Positions 9,466-17,175 of a stretch of 64,000 bases of DNA are shown here, piece after piece. A program made the translations under genes and the position numbers. This DNA comes from Candidatus Omnitrophota bacterium (GTDB taxonomy: Bacteria > Omnitrophota > Gorgyraeia > Gygaellales > Profunditerraquicolaceae). Under the pieces are notes generated by a model. It was not told where the DNA came from. It saw nothing but the letters and a program-made list of their open reading frames with translations, and ran no database searches. Where the stretch lies: assembly GCA_041661605.1 (NCBI GenBank), contig JBAZUE010000003.1:13934-77933 (forward strand), read 5' to 3'. The first letter of the stretch is position 1, and the number at the start of each line of letters is the position of its first letter.

Positions 9466-9705
9466 TTATAATATCCCTAATGACTGTTTTATTCTTTCTT
9501 TATCAAACCCTACAATAATCTCGCCTTCGATATCCAGGACCGGTACACCCATCTGCCCGGATTTCTGCATCAGTTCATCCACAGCCTGTTGATTGCCGGA
9601 AACATCGATATTCTGGAAATCAATATTATTCTCCTGCAAGAATTGTTTAGCCCGGATGCACCATGGACAAGTCGGAGTACTATATACTTTTACGCTCTTA
9701 GCCAT
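9466..9705 (-). CDS. Glutaredoxin-like protein (NrdH/YruB type, CPWC active site)
   Basis: 79-aa ORF with the thioredoxin-fold motif YSTPTCPWCIRAK and GVPVL. Confidence 0.75.
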   Translation of the reverse strand: MAKSVKVYSTPTCPWCIRAKQFLQENNIDFQNIDVSGNQQAVDELMQKSGQMGVPVLDIEGEIIVGFDKERIKQSLGIL

Positions 9706-9709
9706 AGAA

Positions 9710-10177
9710 TCACTCCTTTCTCAAATAATATGGAGCAAGATCAACTATCTCTTCTACTGTAATAGTGATAAGATGCGTAGGCTTCGGGAGGCTGGCTTCG
9801 GGATGATGAGCGCGGGCTTTATCCTGGGCTAAATTATGCAGCAGTCTTTTAGCCAGCCGCGAAGTAATTTTATCTTCCCAAAACCTGGCAAGCTCCTGGT
9901 TGATTGCATCAGCAGCCATGACCTTGGCTGTTCCCTTAAGGCAATAACCCATAAATTTATGCTCATCAACCGCACTAATGCTTACCTGAGGATTATGCTT
10001 AATATTCTCGGCAGTTAAACCTTGATAAACATCAATCACATAGATTCTCCCGGCGGGCTCAATCTTAACTATGTCCTTACATGAGCTATGCGGAAACCCT
10101 TTTTTGTCTATTGAGGAGAGTATCACGAAACCCTGTGCGCGTAAGAATTCAATAACCATTTCCGGGATTTGCTTCAT
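9710..10177 (-). CDS. Pyridoxamine-5'-phosphate-oxidase-family FMN-binding split-barrel protein
   Basis: 155-aa ORF. Its size, pattern and position inside a redox operon fit this family. This is a pattern-level call. Confidence 0.5.
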   Translation of the reverse strand: MKQIPEMVIEFLRAQGFVILSSIDKKGFPHSSCKDIVKIEPAGRIYVIDVYQGLTAENIKHNPQVSISAVDEHKFMGYCLKGTAKVMAADAINQELARFWEDKITSRLAKRLLHNLAQDKARAHHPEASLPKPTHLITITVEEIVDLAPYYLRKE

Positions 10178-10179
10178 TT

Positions 10180-11367
10180 TTACCTCAAAAGTTTAGCGAA
10201 TTGATTCCCGAATTCAAAACAGGCTTTTAGTTCTTCTTTATCCGGGACATATTTAATAGATACTCCAGGGATGCTGACATCAATCCCGCAATCTTTTAAC
10301 GCCTCCTGCATCTCTTTAACCGCGCCCCCGGCCCAGCCATAAGAACCAAAAAAACCAACCTGCCTGCCCTTAGGTTTTAAACCCTTAACTATCTCCAGGA
10401 ATGCGGCGATATTCGGCAGCATATCATTGTCATGAGTAGATGAGCCAAACAAAAAACCCTGGGCAGTAAGCATACGCGTGATTATCTCGGTACGGTCACT
10501 TTCAGCCACATTATACAAGTTGACCTCTACTCCTTGCGCACTTATCCCCTCGACAATTTTCCTGGCCATTTTTTCAGTTGCGCCCCACATAGTTTCATAA
10601 GCGACCACTATCTTTTTATTCGTCTGGCCTTTTGCCCAGGCTATATAAGAATTTATTATTCTGGCCGGATCCTTACGCCAGATAACTCCGTGGCTGGGCG
10701 CAATCATTTTAATGGGAATATTTAATCTCTGCAGCTCTTCAATCTTCTTTAAAATCACTGAGCTAAGCGGCCAGAGAATATTTGCGTAATATTTTTCTGC
10801 TTCATCCATCAGGCTGCATTGATCAACCAAATCGTCAAAACGTTCAGCTGTCGCATAATGCTGGCCGAAAGCGTCATTAGGCATAAGCAGGCAGTCTTGC
10901 GGGCAATACGTAAACATACTATCCGGCCAATGGATCATCGGTGCCTCAAAAAAGGTAAGTGTACGCTTTCCCAGTTCCAGTTTATCCCCGGTCTTAACCG
11001 TCTGGAAATCCCAATTTCCATAGTAATGTTTATAGAGGCCGTCTTTGCATTTAGCGGTGCCTAAGATTTTCGCTTTAGGACAAAGCTGCATAAGGCTGGG
11101 CAATGCCCCGGAGTGGTCAGTTTCAACATGGTTAGCGATAATATAATCTATTCTTTCAGGGGGGATGATTTCTTTGATATTTTCAATCAGTTCCTGCGCA
11201 AACGGCCCATAAACAGTATCTACAAGGGTTATTTTTTCATCTATGATAAGATATGAGTTATAAGTTGAGCCTCTTTGTGTGGTATATGTATGCCCATGAA
11301 AATTGCGCACGCCCCAATCCAACACCCCCACTGAATATATATCAGGCAGAATTTTTATCGCAGACAC
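10180..11367 (-). CDS. Flavodiiron protein (FprA-type O2/NO reductase)
   Basis: 395-aa ORF. It has an N-terminal metallo-beta-lactamase-like diiron domain (ANHVETDHSGA) and a C-terminal flavodoxin domain (KIVVAYETMWGATEKMA). Confidence 0.9.
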   Translation of the reverse strand: MSAIKILPDIYSVGVLDWGVRNFHGHTYTTQRGSTYNSYLIIDEKITLVDTVYGPFAQELIENIKEIIPPERIDYIIANHVETDHSGALPSLMQLCPKAKILGTAKCKDGLYKHYYGNWDFQTVKTGDKLELGKRTLTFFEAPMIHWPDSMFTYCPQDCLLMPNDAFGQHYATAERFDDLVDQCSLMDEAEKYYANILWPLSSVILKKIEELQRLNIPIKMIAPSHGVIWRKDPARIINSYIAWAKGQTNKKIVVAYETMWGATEKMARKIVEGISAQGVEVNLYNVAESDRTEIITRMLTAQGFLFGSSTHDNDMLPNIAAFLEIVKGLKPKGRQVGFFGSYGWAGGAVKEMQEALKDCGIDVSIPGVSIKYVPDKEELKACFEFGNQFAKLLR

Positions 11368-11397
11368 TGTTTCCTCCTTGGTAACGGCAGCCAGGAA

Positions 11398-12102
11398 TTA
11401 ATAACCCTGGAAGTTCTCCATGACTATTTTTTCGCCGCTTAAGCCTAACTCATCAGCCAATATCTTACGCATTGCCTCAACCATCTGAGGAGGGCCGCAG
11501 AGATAGAATTTTCTTTCCAGGTAATCCGGAATTTCATTTTTTATCAAGCCGGCGTCAATACGGCCAACGGTACATTTAAATCCCTGTTCAGCTTCACACA
11601 ACACGTGCGCCACCCTTAAAAGCGGGTAACTTTTAGACATGGCAGAAAAATCATCCTTAAAGACTATATCGCGTATGGAGCGGTTGGAATAAACCAGTAC
11701 TATATCTGTGCCTAATTTTTTATCAACCGCATATTTACAAATACTCCTTATGGGTGTTATTCCTATGCCGCCGGATAAAAAAGCCACCTTTGGCGCAGAT
11801 TCATCCAAAATAAATTTACCCAAAGGGTATTTAATATTTACTTTGTCACCGGCTTTTAAGTTATTCAGCGCTGCGGAAAAATCACTCTGAGTTAACTTCT
11901 TGGTAAATTCTAGATAACATTTTTCAGTAGGAGAGCTGGAGATGGAAAGATACTTCTCCAGCCCAGGGTTATCTTGAAGCCTAACCATCAGAAATTGGCC
12001 GGCTTTAAAATCCAGCCAATCCGTAATCTCCAGGCGGAAACTCTTAACATTGTAATTACGCTGGATAACCTCTTTTATTCTGGCATCAATTTCTACGGGC
12101 AT
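11398..12102 (-). CDS. Ferredoxin-NADP-reductase-like FAD/NAD(P)-binding oxidoreductase
   Basis: 234-aa ORF with the FAD-binding barrel (YLSISSSP) and the NAD-binding motif LSGGIGITP. No Fe-S domain is present. Confidence 0.7.
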   Translation of the reverse strand: MPVEIDARIKEVIQRNYNVKSFRLEITDWLDFKAGQFLMVRLQDNPGLEKYLSISSSPTEKCYLEFTKKLTQSDFSAALNNLKAGDKVNIKYPLGKFILDESAPKVAFLSGGIGITPIRSICKYAVDKKLGTDIVLVYSNRSIRDIVFKDDFSAMSKSYPLLRVAHVLCEAEQGFKCTVGRIDAGLIKNEIPDYLERKFYLCGPPQMVEAMRKILADELGLSGEKIVMENFQGY

Positions 12103-12108
12103 ATTATT

Positions 12109-12621
12109 TTATTCTTTAAGCAAAACCTGGAGCTCATTAAAAACTGCATCAAAATCTACTGAATGAGTTATCTCCTCAACCAGCTGGATGTACCTGATCC
12201 TCCGGTTTTTATCAATGATCAAGGAGCCTCTGGCTAAAAGATTAAGCTCCTTGATCAAAAAACCGTAATTTAAACCAAAGGAAGAAAACCGGTAATCGGA
12301 AAGCACTACTTCATTTTTTATTTCATTCAGCGAACAGAATCTTGCCTGGGCGAAAGGGAGGTCTTTACTTATTCCGATTACCACAATATCAGGACTAAGC
12401 CCGGCTGCTTTCTTATTAAACTCTTTAACCTGCAGATCGCAAACCGGAGTGTCTAAAGAGGGGAAGAAGTTGATTATTTTTATTTTACCGTCAAAGTCTG
12501 AAAGATTTACTTCTTTGAGATCTTGAGAAATTAACTTAAAATCAGGAGCGCGCAGGCCCTCTTTAACACGCTTACCAGTTAAGGCCAAACGGACCCCTTT
12601 GAAAGTTATAGTCCTAACCAT
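12109..12621 (-). CDS. tpx: Thiol peroxidase Tpx
   Basis: 170-aa ORF with the peroxidatic-Cys motif FPSLDTPVCDLQ and the resolving-Cys region ARFCS. Confidence 0.85.
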   Translation of the reverse strand: MVRTITFKGVRLALTGKRVKEGLRAPDFKLISQDLKEVNLSDFDGKIKIINFFPSLDTPVCDLQVKEFNKKAAGLSPDIVVIGISKDLPFAQARFCSLNEIKNEVVLSDYRFSSFGLNYGFLIKELNLLARGSLIIDKNRRIRYIQLVEEITHSVDFDAVFNELQVLLKE

Positions 12622-12632
12622 GCAGCCACCTG

Positions 12633-12794
12633 TTAAACTATTTTCTCAAATTGATCCTTGCCTACCCCGCACTCAGGACAGACCCAGGTATCCGGAAGGC
12701 TTTCAAAACTCGTTCCGGCAGCAATGCCGTTATCCGGGTCCCCCGCCTTAGGATCATAAATATAACCACAGACTAAACATCTATATTTATTCAT
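12633..12794 (-). CDS. Rubredoxin (53 aa; below the ORF-track size cutoff)
   Basis: Hand translation gives [53 protein letters not shown]. It has the two canonical CxxCG / CPxCG knuckles and conserved aromatic residues. Confidence 0.88.
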   Translation of the reverse strand: MNKYRCLVCGYIYDPKAGDPDNGIAAGTSFESLPDTWVCPECGVGKDQFEKIV

Positions 12795-12841
12795 CTTCCC
12801 CTCTTTGATTGGATATTTTTAAACCGCTTTTTAGGAAACGC

Positions 12842-13144
12842 TTACTTTTCCTGCATGGGCATCTCCGGCATGTTGGTTTGACCCATCATTTGTCCCATAC
12901 CGCAATTCTTCATTTTCTGCGACATTTTGCATCGCATACCAAAAGAACCTTTTCCTAAATTAGAAGCTGCGCCTGAAAAAACAATCAACACCGATAACAA
13001 AATGAAACTGACTGTCACATAGCCAAAAACCTTAAGCCACTTTTCCGTTACTTTAGCCAAGGCGAAAAGAACGAAAAAACCAGCGGTTAAGAAAAGCGAA
13101 ATCGGCACAACGGCCATCAAGGGACAACATTTCGACATATACAT
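12842..13144 (-). CDS. Small two-TM membrane protein with a Met-rich C-terminus
   Basis: Track ORF trimmed to the ATG at 13144, which follows AAGGAGG at good spacing. It has two hydrophobic helices and the tail CKMSQKMKNCGMGQMMGQTNMPEMPMQEK. Confidence 0.4.
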   Translation of the reverse strand: MYMSKCCPLMAVVPISLFLTAGFFVLFALAKVTEKWLKVFGYVTVSFILLSVLIVFSGAASNLGKGSFGMRCKMSQKMKNCGMGQMMGQTNMPEMPMQEK

Positions 13145-13226
13145 ACCAACCTCCTTAATTTGCCCGCCAGACGGGCTGTTAAAATTAATTCTTTGCCCAC
13201 ACGGCAAAGGATCATTACATTCCTGA

Positions 13227-13622
13227 CTAATCTACATTAATTTCTTTCTCGCTCTTCCAAATACCATGAATATTGCAATAAGAAACTGCCATAACCGTAC
13301 CGCTCTTGTCAGTTTTAAAATATGCGGTTATCTTTGGCTCAGAAAATATAGTGCTGGTATTCGGCCCCTGCACAGACTCACCATGCGTATTAAACTCAAA
13401 ACGCCCCAGTTGGAAAGGGAACTTCTCCCCTTTTGCCAGAAAATACACCTCGATATATTTAATATGGTGCTCGGTAGTATTAGGATGCGCTATCTGTTTG
13501 CCAACACTGAGCTCTACCTGTAATATCTGCCCCTTGCTTATTTTATCCGGGCAATCAATAACCGGGACATGTTTCTCGGTCTTCCAATCTGCGCCCTGCA
13601 ATAAATCCTTAAGATCTGCCAT
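13227..13622 (-). CDS. sor: Superoxide reductase (1Fe-SOR / neelaredoxin type)
   Basis: 131-aa ORF with EKHVPVI, HPNTTEHHIKYIEVYF and CNIHGIW, the His4Cys iron-site motifs of SOR. Confidence 0.85.
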   Translation of the reverse strand: MADLKDLLQGADWKTEKHVPVIDCPDKISKGQILQVELSVGKQIAHPNTTEHHIKYIEVYFLAKGEKFPFQLGRFEFNTHGESVQGPNTSTIFSEPKITAYFKTDKSGTVMAVSYCNIHGIWKSEKEINVD

Positions 13623-13637
13623 CGTTAAGCCTCCTGT

Positions 13638-14927
13638 TTACTTCTTTAGTATCTTTTTTAAATCTTCCTCGGGCGTACTAATCAACCGTAAATCAAATTT
13701 TTCCTGCAGGATGCCAAAAACATTCTTACTTATAAAAGCCGGCGGAGTCGGCCCTATATAGATACCTTTGATATTAAGATACAACAAAGTAAGTAAGATG
13801 GCAACTGCTTTTTGCTCAAACCAGGACAAAACCAGAGTCAAAGGGAGCTGATTTACCGTACAATTAAACGCTTTGGATAAGGCCACAGCAACCTGAACCG
13901 CAGAGTAGGCATTATTACATTGGCCAACATCAATTAATCTGGGTACCCCCTCGATTTCGCCAAAATCCAGCTTGTTAAAACGGTATTTACCGCAGGCAAG
14001 AGTAAGAATCAGGCAATCCTTGGGGACCCGTTCAGCAAACTCCGTATAGTAGTTGCGTCCGGGTTTTGCTCCATCGCAGCCTCCGATTAAGAAAAAATGC
14101 CTGATCTTGCCGGTTTTCACCAAATTTACAATTTTATCAGCTAATCCCAGTATTGCTGTATGATGAAAACCGGTCCAAATCTTTTTACCGGGAGCTTCAG
14201 GCAAAGCCGGTAATGATTTAGCTTTCTCAATCAAAACTTTAAAATCCCGGTTTTTTAGGTGTGTTGCCCCTGCTATGCCAGTAATCCCTATTGTAAACAA
14301 CCTGTCCAAATAGCTATTTTCCGGGGGGATTAAGACACAGTTAGTAGTTGCCAACAACGCTCCGCTAAAAACATTAAATTCCTTCTTCTGTTCCTGCCAG
14401 GCGCCGCCATAGTTGCCTACTAAATGCTTAAATTTCTTTAGTTCCGGGTAACCGTGCGCAGGCAGCATTTCGCTATGCGTATAAATGTTGACTCCGCTTC
14501 CCTGGCTCTGCTTAAGCAACTCATAAAGGTCAAGCAGGTCATGTCCAGTAACTAAGATTCCCGGACCGGATTTAGTCCCTGTTTCAACCTCAGTAGGCAC
14601 GGGATTACCGAACCTCTGCGTGTGCGCCTTATCCAGCATCTCCATAGTTCTCAAATTAATAGCCCCGCATTTTAACACTAATTCCAGGTATTGATTCAGA
14701 TCAAAACTTACATTAGTTACGGTCTTAAAAAGAGCTTCATGCATAAAAGCGTCTACTTCTTCATCATGAGCCCCTAACTCTCTGGCATGATAAGCATAAG
14801 CAGCAATACCTTTTAACCCATATAAAAGTGTATCTTGCAGGCTCTGGACATCTTCGTTCTTACCGCAAACCCCAAGCTTTGTGCAACCTGTTCCGCCTAC
14901 TGTTTGTTCGCATTGATAACAAAACAT
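13638..14927 (-). CDS. hcp: Hybrid-cluster protein / hydroxylamine reductase, short (429-aa) form
   Basis: N-terminal MFCYQCEQT...GCTKLGVCGK cubane-binding motif and conserved Hcp core blocks. It is about 120 aa shorter than E. coli-type Hcp. Confidence 0.85.
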   Translation of the reverse strand: MFCYQCEQTVGGTGCTKLGVCGKNEDVQSLQDTLLYGLKGIAAYAYHARELGAHDEEVDAFMHEALFKTVTNVSFDLNQYLELVLKCGAINLRTMEMLDKAHTQRFGNPVPTEVETGTKSGPGILVTGHDLLDLYELLKQSQGSGVNIYTHSEMLPAHGYPELKKFKHLVGNYGGAWQEQKKEFNVFSGALLATTNCVLIPPENSYLDRLFTIGITGIAGATHLKNRDFKVLIEKAKSLPALPEAPGKKIWTGFHHTAILGLADKIVNLVKTGKIRHFFLIGGCDGAKPGRNYYTEFAERVPKDCLILTLACGKYRFNKLDFGEIEGVPRLIDVGQCNNAYSAVQVAVALSKAFNCTVNQLPLTLVLSWFEQKAVAILLTLLYLNIKGIYIGPTPPAFISKNVFGILQEKFDLRLISTPEEDLKKILKK

Positions 14928-15169
14928 TGAGCTCCTCCTTGGTCTGCCTGTTTTTTAAACTGCTTCCACTTTTCTTCTCCAATACAATCTTTTGCTGCCT
15001 TACACCAATCCAGGCAGGAAGGCAGCCTTTGTTTATAGATTAAATTCTTGCACTTAGGGCACTTGACTTTAACCTCATCAGAAAAAATCTCCGCCACATG
15101 GCCACAATTAAGGCAAGTGAGGTTTTCCGCCTGCGCCTTACGAGAATCCTGACCCGGGCATTTATTCAT
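14897..15169 (-). CDS. Cys-rich zinc-ribbon protein (unknown function), overlaps the hcp start by 31 nt
   Basis: 90-aa ORF with CLNCGH...CPKC, a ribbon-type Cys4, plus three further Cys residues. It overlaps the upstream ferredoxin gene by 4 nt. Confidence 0.4.
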   Translation of the reverse strand: MNKCPGQDSRKAQAENLTCLNCGHVAEIFSDEVKVKCPKCKNLIYKQRLPSCLDWCKAAKDCIGEEKWKQFKKQADQGGAQCFVINANKQ

Positions 15170-15804
15170 TTAACCTTCTTTCCTTTAATGCTAATAGTAA
15201 CATCTTTAAAAGGTATGAGTTTCCCCGAGGCAGTGATTGCCTCTTCAATTACCGGAAATAACCCAAAACAACAGGGTACCTCCATGTGTGCGTAAGTGAC
15301 GCTTTTAATATCGTTGCCGGCAAGAATCTGCTCTAATTTATCTCTATACAATGAAATGTCATCTAATTTAGGGCAACCCACTAAAAGTATTTTATCTTTT
15401 AACAGGTCTTGATGAAAATTAGCATAAGTAAAAGGCACGCAATCGGCGGCAATCAAAATGTGGGCGCCCTGGAAATAAGGCGCATGTGCCGGGACAAGAC
15501 GCAGCTGCACCGGCCACTGCGAAAGCTCTGAATCTAAATGCGCTTTAATCACATTGGGGCCCTGTTTTACGATATTAGCCATAACCTTATTTTCATCATA
15601 GGCCACAGCCTCCCTTTGCTCTATACTAATTGCGCCTTGCGGGCAATGTCCAAGACAAGCGCCTAGCCCGTCGCAAAATAAATCACTGATTAAATGCGCC
15701 TTATGGCCGATAATCTGGATTGCGCCCTCCGGGCAGTTAGGAATACACAAAGCGCACCCATTGCATTTCTCTTGATCAATAGTTATAATTTTCCTTTTAG
15801 TCAT
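15166..15804 (-). CDS. 2x[4Fe-4S] ferredoxin-domain protein with a Cys-containing C-terminal domain
   Basis: 212-aa ORF carrying CNGCALCIPNCP and CDGLGACLGHCP cluster motifs. Confidence 0.75.
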   Translation of the reverse strand: MTKRKIITIDQEKCNGCALCIPNCPEGAIQIIGHKAHLISDLFCDGLGACLGHCPQGAISIEQREAVAYDENKVMANIVKQGPNVIKAHLDSELSQWPVQLRLVPAHAPYFQGAHILIAADCVPFTYANFHQDLLKDKILLVGCPKLDDISLYRDKLEQILAGNDIKSVTYAHMEVPCCFGLFPVIEEAITASGKLIPFKDVTISIKGKKVK

Positions 15805-15814
15805 AGGTTTGTCT

Positions 15815-16207
15815 CTAGGCCAAAGAAGCTAAGGTTATTTCTTTAAGCTGCTTAAATAAATTATCTTCAATAATACCTATTTTCTTTCTTAAAACGCACT
15901 TACCTTTATTAGGGCAAACATCCTTTTTTAAGAAACACCTGTTTAAAACCACCTTCCCCTGGAAGATACGCATTATTTCAATTACATAAATCTTCTCCGG
16001 AAGGGCTTTTAATCTAAAACCGCCGCCCTGGCCTTTAAATGAATCCAAAATCTTCCTTTTATTTAGCCGCTGCAGGATCTTGCGCATGAACGGCCGCGGG
16101 ACACCAAGCTTTTCAACCAGCTCATCCACAGTTACGATATTCTTGTTCTTGGAAATATAACAAAGCGCACGCAACGCATAATCTGTATTTCTGGTTATAA
16201 GTTTCAT
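15815..16207 (-). CDS. Rrf2-family transcriptional regulator
   Basis: 130-aa ORF with MKLITRNTDYALRALCYI and the wHTH typical of Rrf2/IscR/NsrR. C-terminal Cys residues are present (CPNKGKC). Confidence 0.85.
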   Translation of the reverse strand: MKLITRNTDYALRALCYISKNKNIVTVDELVEKLGVPRPFMRKILQRLNKRKILDSFKGQGGGFRLKALPEKIYVIEIMRIFQGKVVLNRCFLKKDVCPNKGKCVLRKKIGIIEDNLFKQLKEITLASLA

Positions 16208-16242
16208 AAAATCCCTCGGATTATTAAATATAGACGGGCAGT

Positions 16243-16326
16243 TTAACGTCTTACCCAGGACAACCTACTGCAACCCTCTTTACAGTGTGCTACGGGCCTA
16301 AGCATATATCTGATTGTTACGCTCAT
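16243..16326 (-). CDS. 27-codon small ORF with a strong SD, upstream of the Rrf2 gene (speculative)
   Basis: Hand translation gives MSVTIRYMLRPVAHCKEGCSRLSWVRR. AAAGGAGGTGA precedes it 7 nt upstream of the ATG, and it lies directly downstream of the predicted promoter. Confidence 0.25.
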   Translation of the reverse strand: MSVTIRYMLRPVAHCKEGCSRLSWVRR

Positions 16327-16358
16327 TCTAAAATCACCTCCTTTTAACTTAATGATTA

Positions 16359-16386
16359 ATGATACCATATTAGTCTCATTTGTCAA
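16359..16386 (-). promoter_or_regulatory. Sigma70-type promoter with extended -10 for the Rrf2/stress operon
   Basis: Minus strand reads TTGACA (16386-16381), 16 nt, TGG-TATCAT (-10 hexamer at 16364-16359). Confidence 0.45.
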
Positions 16387-16404
16387 GCAAAAAAAACAAG
16401 CACC

Positions 16405-17175
16405 TTAAAACTTTTGCGGGATCTTGTTTAATAATGGCACAAATAGATTCAGGATTAAAAGAGCGGCTAATTCGGAATCAAACCTGAATTGTACCTGGAT
16501 AAAAATAAAGATCAGGATAGCGGCAGCAATCCCAAAAACCAGCTTAGCTAAAGGTTTTATGGGAGTTGTTTTTGGTTCGATCATCATTATAAAAATATAA
16601 AAATAACTAAAATAACCGAAAATATTTATTAAAGAAACTTTATTTATCGCGGCCTGGATTCCAAATAAACCCAGGGCGGTTATCAAATAACCTGCGATCA
16701 ACTCCAGCTTGCGGATCTTATAAGTAAAATACAATCCTGCAGGCACCAGGATATACCAAAGAAACGTCCCTTTCCATTGGGTATTGGCTCCAAGGAAAAT
16801 AATGCTCAAGAATACTCCGAATGCCGCGGGGTTAAAAATATGTTTTTTATTAAAACAGACTAGGTGTTTCGAGACCATGGCAAATATAGCGGACAGAGAA
16901 ATAACCCACCAGGGATTATCGCTGGCAAGGACAAAACCTATGATTAAAGCTGATACGACCGAGCTTTCGGATACAACAAAGCGCTTATCCTTAAAATAGG
17001 AAAAGGTTAAATCTGCTATAATTGCGCTAAGAAGGGTAATGGCTATCGTAAAGAGGAAAAATAAATCCCTGTCTTTTATTGACAAAAATACCGCAAACCC
17101 TGCCAGGAATATAATCAGCCTTGTTTTAATTGAAAAGGATTCTATTTTCAGCATAATTACCCCCAGATAAACCAA
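16405..17175 (-). CDS. Polytopic membrane protein, RnfD/NqrB-like
   Basis: 256-aa ORF; the alternative start at 17154 avoids overlap with the upstream gene. Multiple TM helices are present. The motifs HIFNPAAFG and MMIEPKTTP resemble the RnfD/NqrB NPA and TDPxT blocks. No other rnf or nqr genes lie nearby. Confidence 0.4.
   Translation of the reverse strand: MVYLGVIMLKIESFSIKTRLIIFLAGFAVFLSIKDRDLFFLFTIAITLLSAIIADLTFSYFKDKRFVVSESSVVSALIIGFVLASDNPWWVISLSAIFAMVSKHLVCFNKKHIFNPAAFGVFLSIIFLGANTQWKGTFLWYILVPAGLYFTYKIRKLELIAGYLITALGLFGIQAAINKVSLINIFGYFSYFYIFIMMIEPKTTPIKPLAKLVFGIAAAILIFIFIQVQFRFDSELAALLILNLFVPLLNKIPQKF

Noticed and set aside
13145-13207. N-terminal 21-codon extension of the Met-rich membrane protein (the track start at 13207)
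   Set aside because: The internal ATG at 13144 has an AAGGAGG SD. The extension (MPCGQRINFNSPSGGQIKEVG) is read through that SD region.
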